Position numbers and translations under genes: made by a program
Notes under the pieces: model-generated
Database searches by the model: none
Told to the model about the DNA's origin: nothing
Seen by the model: the letters and a program-made list of their open reading frames with translations, nothing else
In this document: positions 27,619-34,871 of the stretch, piece after piece
How the letters are laid out: every line of letters starts with the position of its first letter
Position numbering within the stretch: position 1 is the first letter of the stretch
Origin: Pseudomonadota bacterium
GTDB lineage: Bacteria > Desulfobacterota > Desulfobacteria > Desulfobacterales > UBA11574
Length of the DNA: 64,000 nt
Reading direction: 5' to 3'
NCBI GenBank assembly: GCA_043827325.1
Contig: JBDRPF010000037.1
Location: 8,887-72,886, forward strand

Positions 27619-29088
27619 TTAGATCGTCACCGGCATTCCCATCAACGGCCAGAGAACCCCGGCGGCAAAGGCGACCACGAGCATCAGCAGAATGCTGGCT
27701 ATCACACCGTACATGAAAAACTCTCCCGGCGTGAACATCTTCGAGTCGTAGGCGATGGCATTGGGCGCCGCGCCGACCAGCAGCATAAAGGGCATACCGG
27801 CGGTCGCCAGCGATGCGAACAGGATGACGTCAGGGGCCACCCCGAGATACGGCGCGATCACCAGGGCCACGGGAAGGGAGATGGCGATGGCCGCCACGTT
27901 CATGATGAAATTGGTCATCACCATCACGAAAAAGGCGATGCTCAACACGAAAACAAACCAGTTTGCTTCCTTGAACAGCACCAGCCAGTTTACCGCGAGC
28001 CATTTGGCGGCGCCGGTGTCCCACAGACAGAAACCGATGCTCATGGCCCCGCCGAACAGCAGGATGATGTTCCAGGGGATTTCTTCGAGGTCATCCAGTT
28101 TAAGTATGCCGGTGAGGAAAAAAAGGATCGTGGAAATCAGGATGACGGCGGTCTTGTCAATCGGCTTTAAAATCGGAAAAAACGACCGTAGGGACAGGAC
28201 CAGGATACAGCAGAAGACAATAACGGCCGCCAATATTTCCTTGCGGGTGATACGGCCCATTTCAGCGTGAAGGGCCGTGGCTTTTTCTCTCAGGCCGGGG
28301 ATGACCTTCTTTTCGGGCTTTAAAAAGATCATAAAAAACCCCCACAGCAGAAACGTCATCAGCCACCCCACCGGGAACATGTAATAGGTGAGTTGAAAGA
28401 ACGAGATGTTTCTGCCGACGATATCGTTGAAGAACCCGAGGGCCACGGCGCCCCGAGCCGCCCCCAGAAGGGTGATAATGCTGCCGGCCCCGGCCACGTA
28501 CGCCATGCCCATAAAAAGCGCCTTTCCGAATTTGGTCGGTTTGTTTCCTTCGCCGTACAGACTGTAAACCGCCAGCAGCAGCGGATAAATGGTGGCCGCA
28601 ACGGCGGTGTGGGCCATAACGTGCGTCAGGGCTACGGTGACCACAAAACATCCCAGCAAAATCATGCTGGTTTTTTCGCCCACGATCACCAGCATCTTAT
28701 AGGCAAGGCGTTTGGTCAGGCCGGTTTTGGTGAAGACCAGCCCGATGACGACGGACGCAAAGATGAACATCACCGACGGGTCCATAAAATCATTAAAGGC
28801 GGTTTTGGCCGGGCGAATCAGGTAAAGGGCCTGTAGAACGCCGATGGTCAGGCTGGTCACGCCGATGGGCACCACCTCGAACACCCACCACGTTCCGGCC
28901 AGAAGAAAAATAGCCAGCGCCCCCTTTCCCTCCCGGGTCAGGGAAAAAGGTTTCCCCAGGGGATCCACGGCATCAGGCCACGGGGATGCGTAGTAAACCA
29001 CGATAAAAAGTATAATGCCTGTGAAGAGAAACAGGGATCGTTTCCAGTTGAAATCGTTTTTAACAGAGGGGTTGGAAGTGCTCGACAT
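27619..29088 (-). CDS. DASS/SLC13-type (ArsB/NhaD superfamily) anion:cation symporter
   Basis: 489-aa polytopic protein with duplicated hairpin-like SxGAxxxG/AAPNA motifs (GAAPNAIAY). AAGGAG RBS. Confidence 0.7.
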   Translation of the reverse strand: MSSTSNPSVKNDFNWKRSLFLFTGIILFIVVYYASPWPDAVDPLGKPFSLTREGKGALAIFLLAGTWWVFEVVPIGVTSLTIGVLQALYLIRPAKTAFNDFMDPSVMFIFASVVIGLVFTKTGLTKRLAYKMLVIVGEKTSMILLGCFVVTVALTHVMAHTAVAATIYPLLLAVYSLYGEGNKPTKFGKALFMGMAYVAGAGSIITLLGAARGAVALGFFNDIVGRNISFFQLTYYMFPVGWLMTFLLWGFFMIFLKPEKKVIPGLREKATALHAEMGRITRKEILAAVIVFCCILVLSLRSFFPILKPIDKTAVILISTILFFLTGILKLDDLEEIPWNIILLFGGAMSIGFCLWDTGAAKWLAVNWLVLFKEANWFVFVLSIAFFVMVMTNFIMNVAAIAISLPVALVIAPYLGVAPDVILFASLATAGMPFMLLVGAAPNAIAYDSKMFTPGEFFMYGVIASILLMLVVAFAAGVLWPLMGMPVTI

Positions 29089-29171
29089 TTATGATCTCCT
29101 TGGTTGTCATTCCGGTCTGTTTCTGATGTTTGTCCGATCAGACGGATCCATGGGTATTTATCGGGTATTTA

Positions 29172-29732
29172 TCAAAGACTGCAGGATTTGACGGCCGCTG
29201 CAATCTCGGAAAACACATCGGTTTTTCTCAAGATGCCAACAATTTCTTTTTCTTTTCCATGCGTTACCAGCAGCGATTGATGACGCCCCATGATCAACTG
29301 GTGGATGGCTTCGTCCAGGGTTGCATTTTCATCAACACATTCGCCTTCGGTTGGGGTATACATAAATGTTTTGACTTTCAGTTGAGCCGCTTTGCGGCAG
29401 ATATCGCTCAACGGTTTGTTCCACAGCTTGTATTCCGTGAGCAGAGACCTCATTTTCAGGGGGCTGTAGCCGAATCTGCTGAGCGATATTTGGTCTTCGA
29501 GTTCGTCGTATTTTGGCTCCAGGGCCCGGATAACGTCGAACTGGCTAACCTTTCCCACGATCCGATGGTTTTTGTCATACACAAGAACCGCTCTCTGCGG
29601 ATAACGGGTCTTGTCCCACTCCTGTTGCGCTTTTTCCAGGGCCATGACGGTTTCATATAAAGTGGCCTCTTCCGGGACCGTTGCGTATTCGGAGATGGGA
29701 ACCATCAAATTTTTTACAATGTTTGATTTCAT
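29172..29732 (-). CDS. CBS-domain protein
   Basis: Start trimmed to the ATG at 29732 (MKSNIVKNLMVP), which has AAGGAGG upstream. CBS repeats are present. Confidence 0.75.
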   Translation of the reverse strand: MKSNIVKNLMVPISEYATVPEEATLYETVMALEKAQQEWDKTRYPQRAVLVYDKNHRIVGKVSQFDVIRALEPKYDELEDQISLSRFGYSPLKMRSLLTEYKLWNKPLSDICRKAAQLKVKTFMYTPTEGECVDENATLDEAIHQLIMGRHQSLLVTHGKEKEIVGILRKTDVFSEIAAAVKSCSL

Positions 29733-29813
29733 CAGAATCCTCCTTAATGTGAACAGCATCCCGCAGCCCCGCTGGAGCGGGACAGCAGATGGCTTTCTCT
29801 TTTGATTCTATCC

Positions 29814-29840
29814 AAAAAAACCGGGTGCGTTGCACCCGGT
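29814..29840 (-). terminator. Rho-independent terminator (CCGGGTGC-aac-GCACCCGG-TTTTTTT on the minus strand)
   Basis: Perfect 8-bp GC stem plus T7, downstream of response regulator 29965..30393. Confidence 0.8.
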
Positions 29841-29964
29841 TGCAAGTTCACCGTAAAAGCACTGACGTGCTTTGACTCAGGCCTTAAAAAAAGCCGGTTT
29901 CGGGACACCGGCCTCATCTTTCAGGAACTTGAATACACGAGCAGCTTTTCCGAGCGCGGACAGG

Positions 29965-30393
29965 TCACCATCCCCGTCTCTTGACGATATTCTCGATCTC
30001 CGCCTTGCGAATACGCGCTTCATGCTCTGCCTTGAGGTCGTAGGATCTGCTTATTTTCGCAACCAGATCCTCGGTATCGGTCGGCTTCATAAGATAATCA
30101 AAGGCACCTAATTTCATGCCTTCGATGGCTGTTTCAACCGTGGCGTTGCCGGTGAGCATGATGACGTGGACGAGCGGTTTCAGGGTTTTAAGTTCCCTCA
30201 ACGTCTCGACACCGTCTTTTCCCGGCATCAATACATCCAGGACAACGACATCGAAGTCCTGTGTGCGGACAAGGTTTATGGCGTCATCACCGGTGAGAGC
30301 GGTCGTGACATCAAACGCCCTCATCTGCAGACGCTGAGACAGGGATTCGACAAAGTCTTTCTCGTCGTCTACCAACAACACTCTTATTTTCAT
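29965..30393 (-). CDS. single-domain response regulator (CheY-like)
   Basis: 142 aa, RVLLVDDEKDF...DVLMPGKDG...KP. Confidence 0.9.
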   Translation of the reverse strand: MKIRVLLVDDEKDFVESLSQRLQMRAFDVTTALTGDDAINLVRTQDFDVVVLDVLMPGKDGVETLRELKTLKPLVHVIMLTGNATVETAIEGMKLGAFDYLMKPTDTEDLVAKISRSYDLKAEHEARIRKAEIENIVKRRGW

Positions 30394-30497
30394 GAATCAC
30401 ACTCCCTTATAAAGCCGTTTCGCTGTTCTATCGGCGCAAAGATGCCTTCTTTGCTGAAAAAATTCTCTGTTCAACGCGGGTTGAAGGAAAATTTGGA

Positions 30498-30947
30498 TCA
30501 GTCTTCTTCGTTGTCCATAATTTTTTTTGCCGATTTATGGTCACCGCCCTCGGCCATGGATGCTGCGACCATGCTTTTTTCGACGCTTTTGAATGCGCGC
30601 TTTATGTGTTGAATCAGCGTTTCCATTGAAGTCGGCTTTTCGAGATACTCAAACGCACCCAACCGGCGCGCCTCTTTTTCATCCTTTTCCGAACCGTGGC
30701 CGGTCAGCATGATCACCTGGACCTTGGGGTAGGCCTTTTTGACCCGTCGAAGCACTTCCATGCCGTCAATGCCGGGCATTTTGAGATCCAGAACCATAAC
30801 GTCCGGGACCTCCTCATCAACGAGCCGCAACGCCTCTTCCCCGTTCAGGGCGACGCCGGAATCAAGATCGCGCATCTTTATCCGTTCAGACAGGCTTTGT
30901 ACAAAATCTTCTTCATCATCGACCAGTAACACTTTAATTTCTTTCAT
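30498..30947 (-). CDS. single-domain response regulator with an acidic C-terminal tail (tandem duplicate A)
   Basis: 149 aa, highly similar (roughly 80-85% identity by eye) to 31325..31786. Confidence 0.9.
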   Translation of the reverse strand: MKEIKVLLVDDEEDFVQSLSERIKMRDLDSGVALNGEEALRLVDEEVPDVMVLDLKMPGIDGMEVLRRVKKAYPKVQVIMLTGHGSEKDEKEARRLGAFEYLEKPTSMETLIQHIKRAFKSVEKSMVAASMAEGGDHKSAKKIMDNEED

Positions 30948-31069
30948 TTTTATCCCCTTTGTTTAATCGTTTCCGTAAGGAGTTTTTTATTTTCGAAAGA
31001 TGGAACGTGGTTTTAACTGCATCCCGATTAAGTTTTTTATCTGTAGAAATTTTTTTATCCACTGTTAGA

Positions 31070-31084
31070 GCAAAGGATGTGCCA
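31070..31084 (-). promoter_or_regulatory. sigma54 -24/-12 promoter (TGGCAC-ATCCT-TTGC)
   Basis: Perfect consensus, 123 nt upstream of ATG 30947. The UAS lies 115 bp upstream. Confidence 0.7.
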
Positions 31085-31179
31085 AAAGGGAAAAGGCGCT
31101 CAAAATGTTTTAACAAACTGAAAAAATGGAACAAATTAAAACAGGGGGCTGGCGATTAAAAAACAGCCGGGGGTTGACC

Positions 31180-31208
31180 TGTCAGATATTTTTACAGGTT
31201 GTAAAAGG
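31180..31208. promoter_or_regulatory. putative bEBP enhancer (UAS) copy 6: TGTCAGATATTTTTACAggtTGTAAAAGG
   Basis: Perfect 7-3-7 palindrome. Confidence 0.65.
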
Positions 31209-31324
31209 AGATTTTAAAGACAATTCAAAAAGATTTTGTCGAACAAAGCGAGGATTGGGATTTCGCTGCTGTTATAAAATCGTTTTACCAACCCCGCCGC
31301 TTGATACGGTTTTCAATCTCCGCG

Positions 31325-31786
31325 TCAGTCTTTTTCATTATCCTCTTCTTCGTCCAAAATTTCTTTTGCCGATTTGTAATCACCGTTTTCTGCAAGTGCC
31401 GCCGCCGCCATGCTCTTTTGAAAGTAGCTAAACGCGCTTTTTATGTGCTTGGTAAGGATGTCAATGGAGGTCGGTTTTTCGAGATATTCAAAGGCGCCCA
31501 ACCGGCGCGCCTCTGTTTCATCTTTTTCCGAACCGTGGCCCGTCAGCATGATCACCTGAACCTTGGGGTACGCTTTTTTGACCCGCCGAAGCACTTCCAT
31601 GCCGTCAATTCCCGGCATTTTAAGATCCAGGACCATAACGTCCGGCACCTCCTCATCAACGAGCCGCAATGCCTCTTCTCCGTCCAGGGCGACGCTGGAA
31701 TCAAGCTCGCGCATCTTTATCCGTTCAGACAGGCTTTGTACAAAATCTTCTTCATCATCCACTAAAAGCACCTTGATTTTTTTCAT
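31325..31786 (-). CDS. single-domain response regulator with an acidic C-terminal tail (tandem duplicate B)
   Basis: Start at the ATG at 31786 (MKKIKVLLVDDEEDF). It is a paralog of 30498..30947. Confidence 0.85.
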   Translation of the reverse strand: MKKIKVLLVDDEEDFVQSLSERIKMRELDSSVALDGEEALRLVDEEVPDVMVLDLKMPGIDGMEVLRRVKKAYPKVQVIMLTGHGSEKDETEARRLGAFEYLEKPTSIDILTKHIKSAFSYFQKSMAAAALAENGDYKSAKEILDEEEDNEKD

Positions 31787-31948
31787 TTTAAATCCCTTTC
31801 TCACGTGGTTTTTTCGGGCGTCATTGTTTTTGAAAGCCAGAACGTTGTTTTAAAGCGAACACCGAAGCCGTAATGGGAAAATTCACTTCATTAATATAAT
31901 ATGTCAGCAGTGATGAAGTAAAGATTTTTCTCCTTATTTCATGCGAAC

Positions 31949-32067
31949 TTATTTAATTGCAGACGGCAGGGCCAGCAGAACGTTTGGAGCCGATTTCTTC
32001 ATTTGGGCAAAACCGCCCGGAGCGACAGTGATTTTTTGTAATATCGACCCGTTTTCGGAAACAGATA
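31949..32067 (-). pseudogene. remnant of the 3' end of a degenerate-kinase gene (homolog of 44521..45189)
   Basis: The minus-strand translation ..SVSENGSILQKITVAPGGFAQMKKSAPNVLLALPSAIK* matches ISVSENWSILQEIAASLGGFAKMEESAPGILLTLPSAIK*. Nucleotide identity is roughly 80% over about 118 nt with 44521..44638. There is no upstream coding continuation. Confidence 0.75.
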
Positions 32068-32069
32068 AA

Positions 32070-32097
32070 TTTTACACCCTGTAAAAAATTCCCGACG
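32070..32097. promoter_or_regulatory. putative bEBP enhancer (UAS) copy 7 (reverse complement: CGTCGGGAATTTTTTACAgggTGTAAAA)
   Basis: Perfect 7-3-7 palindrome that directly abuts the pseudogene remnant. Confidence 0.6.
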
Positions 32098-32187
32098 CCT
32101 GATTGGTTGTTCTTTTAAATTTCCCGCTCTCGTCAAAATAAAATACTAATAAATCAAACGGTTAGACAGCCTGCCCCGATTTTTATT

Positions 32188-32202
32188 GGGCATGCTTTTT
32201 GC
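32188..32202 (+). promoter_or_regulatory. sigma54 -24/-12 promoter (GGGCAT-GCTTT-TTGC)
   Basis: GG-N10-GC spacing is correct. It lies 111 bp from the centre of UAS copy 7 and 139 nt upstream of the kinase ATG. Confidence 0.6.
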
Positions 32203-32340
32203 ATATAGCATATGGAATTGCTTCGGATAGCTGTCAAACTTAGAACCCACAATTAAAGACAACTGTGCAGGGATAAAGGATCGGGTGAAATTTTTTACGG
32301 CAAATGAACATAAATTAATCATTACATATTTTCTATTACG

Positions 32341-34041
32341 ATGAAAAAGAATCATTACGCTTCATTGAAAAAGATCATTCTGGCCTGCATGATCGTGGTG
32401 CCGTTGATACCCTTTGGCATGGTCATCGCTATCGGTTATACCTATTTTATCAGTTCCCTGGAAAACAGTACCATCGCGAGCATGAACCGAATCGTCGAAG
32501 ACCATCGTCACATGATTGAATCCTTTCTGGATGAGCGCAAGGCCGATTTGGAATTCATTATCCAGTCGTATTCGTACGATTATTTGAGCCGGCCGGATAA
32601 TCTTCGGATAATCTTCGGTCAATTGAAGCGGGTTTCCAATGCCTTTGTCGATCTGGGAATTTTGAGTGAAGCGGGCGTCCATCTGGCATACCAGGGACCG
32701 TATGCGCTCACCGGCAAGGTGTATAAAGAAACAGACTGGTTCGCAGAAGTGAAGAAAAATGGCTATTATATCAGCGATGTTTTTCTCGGGTTCCGGCAGG
32801 TGCCTCATTTTATCATTGCGATTTCCAGAAAGGATGGAGACAGGGAGTGTGTCATTCGGGCAACGATAGACACGTTTACATTCAATGCACTGGTCGAACA
32901 GGTTCGAATCGGCAAAACCGGCGAAGCGTATCTTCTCAATAAAGAAAACATCCTCCAGACCAATCGTCGCTCCGGTGGGAATTTAATGGAAAAGCTTTCC
33001 GACAGGATCAGGTATCCGGCATCCCATCACGGAATTCAGACGTTTATCAATAAAGATTCAGACGGAAAAAAATATCTTTATGCAACCACCTGGCTCAAAA
33101 ATAAAGATTGGCTGCTGGTTGTGAGGCTGGATCAGGCAGATGCCTTCAGGTCCCTCCGGTCTGCCGGATATCTGATTTTTCTTACGACGGTTATCGGCGG
33201 TGCGGTCATCGTTACCCTGGCCTTTTTTTTGACGAATCGAATCATCGGTCGCATGGAACGAATGGACTCGGAAAAGGCCTCGCTGAGCCAGCAGCTTATA
33301 CTGGCGGCACGACTTGCGGAAATCGGCGAAATGGCGGCGGGTTTTGCCCATGAAATCAACAATCCCCTCCAAATCATGAAAACGGAACAGGCACTGATCG
33401 AAATGATTTTCTCAGAATTGAAAGAAAAACAACAGCTCCGGGATTCGGAAGATTTAACAGAGCTGGAAGATTCCCTTGACCAGATTAAAATCCAGATAAA
33501 TCGTTGCGCAAAGATTACCCAGGCCATTCTAAAGTTTGCCCGGCAAGACAAACCTTCGCATCAAAAGGTCGACTTAGAAACAATTATTCCTGAGTGCACC
33601 GGGATGATATCAAAAAATGCCAGTGTCCACGGCATCGCCATCGATCAGAAGATTTCAGAAGACCTGCCGCTGGTTTTTGGAGACCCCGTTCAGTTTCAGC
33701 AGGTTTTGCTCAATCTTTACAACAACGCCATAGATGCGATTATCGAAAAACACGGGGCCGAGGGTGGCCAACTTGTGATCGAGGCAGGGGTGGAAAATGA
33801 ACAATCCATTGAAATTTCCGTCATGGACAACGGATGCGGCATCAACCCGGAGAATCAGGAAAAGATTTTTTCACCGTTTTATACCACCAAACCGGTTGGA
33901 AAGGGGACCGGTCTCGGCCTTTCGGTTTGCTTCGGAATTGTAGAAAGCATGGGCGGGGTCATGGACGTCAGCAGTGAGCAAGGTGTCGGCACGACATTCA
34001 GGATACGGTTGCCTGTCGCTGATCCGCAGCCCGCCCGATAA
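32341..34041 (+). CDS. membrane sensor histidine kinase (Cache-like + HisKA + HATPase)
   Basis: 566 aa with the FAHEINNPL H-box and DNGCGI / GTGLGL. It is a paralog of 16441..18141. Confidence 0.85.
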   Translation: MKKNHYASLKKIILACMIVVPLIPFGMVIAIGYTYFISSLENSTIASMNRIVEDHRHMIESFLDERKADLEFIIQSYSYDYLSRPDNLRIIFGQLKRVSNAFVDLGILSEAGVHLAYQGPYALTGKVYKETDWFAEVKKNGYYISDVFLGFRQVPHFIIAISRKDGDRECVIRATIDTFTFNALVEQVRIGKTGEAYLLNKENILQTNRRSGGNLMEKLSDRIRYPASHHGIQTFINKDSDGKKYLYATTWLKNKDWLLVVRLDQADAFRSLRSAGYLIFLTTVIGGAVIVTLAFFLTNRIIGRMERMDSEKASLSQQLILAARLAEIGEMAAGFAHEINNPLQIMKTEQALIEMIFSELKEKQQLRDSEDLTELEDSLDQIKIQINRCAKITQAILKFARQDKPSHQKVDLETIIPECTGMISKNASVHGIAIDQKISEDLPLVFGDPVQFQQVLLNLYNNAIDAIIEKHGAEGGQLVIEAGVENEQSIEISVMDNGCGINPENQEKIFSPFYTTKPVGKGTGLGLSVCFGIVESMGGVMDVSSEQGVGTTFRIRLPVADPQPAR

Positions 34042-34070
34042 GAATCAGAATTTTTTGAAGCGGTAATCAA

Positions 34071-34451
34071 ATGGAAAAAATCAAAATGATGCTGGTGGAC
34101 GACGAGGAACGATTCCTTTGCACCACCCGGAAGCTGCTCAAGAAGAAGGGCTATGACCTTCAAACCGCCTCGAGCGGTATAGAAGCATTGGAAAAATTGA
34201 AAACGAAAGACATCCACGTAGTTATCCTGGACGTAAAACTGCCGGGCATGGACGGAATTGCCACCTTGAAGGAAATCAAAAAGAGCTATCCCGGGGTTGA
34301 AGTTATCATGCTGACCGGACACGCAACGGTCGAGACGGCCGTGGAAGGCTTAAAGTCCGGGGCGGCCGACTACCTGACCAAGCCCATCGACATACACGAG
34401 CTTGTCGACAAAGCACACACCGTATTTGAAAAAGGAAGGAAATATGTCTGA
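34071..34451 (+). CDS. single-domain response regulator (CheY-like)
   Basis: 126 aa, [11 protein letters not shown]...DVKLPGMDG...KP. Confidence 0.9.
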   Translation: MEKIKMMLVDDEERFLCTTRKLLKKKGYDLQTASSGIEALEKLKTKDIHVVILDVKLPGMDGIATLKEIKKSYPGVEVIMLTGHATVETAVEGLKSGAADYLTKPIDIHELVDKAHTVFEKGRKYV

Positions 34452-34839
34452 AACACCTCGAGTTTTGATTGTTGACGATGAAAAGAGATTCCGGATTACG
34501 TTGAGCAAGCTTCTCAAAACCAACGGCATATCTGCAAAAGGGGTGGAAAGCGGAGAGAATGCCCTGGAAGAGCTGGTTAAAAATTCATATGACGTGGTTC
34601 TTTTGGATGTGAAAATGCCGGGGATCAGCGGCATAGAGGTCCTGAAACAGATGAAAAAACAGGGTTGCGACGCAGAGGTCATTGTGCTCTCCGGACATGC
34701 GTCCGTCGATGCTGCCCTGGAAATCATGAATTTCGGTGCTTATGATTATCTGTTAAAGCCCATGGACGTCGACGACCTCCTGGCCAAAATTTCACTGGCC
34801 CATGAGCGGAAAATCGAAAGGAAAAAGATTGAGAAATAA
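34444..34839 (+). CDS. single-domain response regulator (CheY-like)
   Basis: Start at the ATG at 34444 ([16 protein letters not shown]), overlapping the previous stop by 8 nt. Confidence 0.85.
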   Translation: MSETPRVLIVDDEKRFRITLSKLLKTNGISAKGVESGENALEELVKNSYDVVLLDVKMPGISGIEVLKQMKKQGCDAEVIVLSGHASVDAALEIMNFGAYDYLLKPMDVDDLLAKISLAHERKIERKKIEK

Positions 34840-34871
34840 AGGGGAGGGATTTCCATCCGGACACCGCTTTT

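Noticed and set aside
29708-29730. TTTTTTACAATGTTTGATTT, which resembles the enhancer half-site
   Set aside because: It lies inside the 5' end of the CBS gene, the right half-site is missing, and no -24/-12 element follows at the expected distance.
30436-30446. GCAAAGATGCC upstream of response regulator 29965..30393 as a -12/-24 element
   Set aside because: The spacing between the GC and GG dinucleotides is too short. The gene is more likely co-transcribed from the 31070 promoter.
31855-31869. GCGAACACCGAAGCC as a sigma54 promoter for response regulator 31325..31786
   Set aside because: It aligns with the intact promoter of the paralogous copy, but the GG/GC register is shifted by 1 nt and both boxes are mutated. 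I treat it as a decayed remnant rather than an active promoter.
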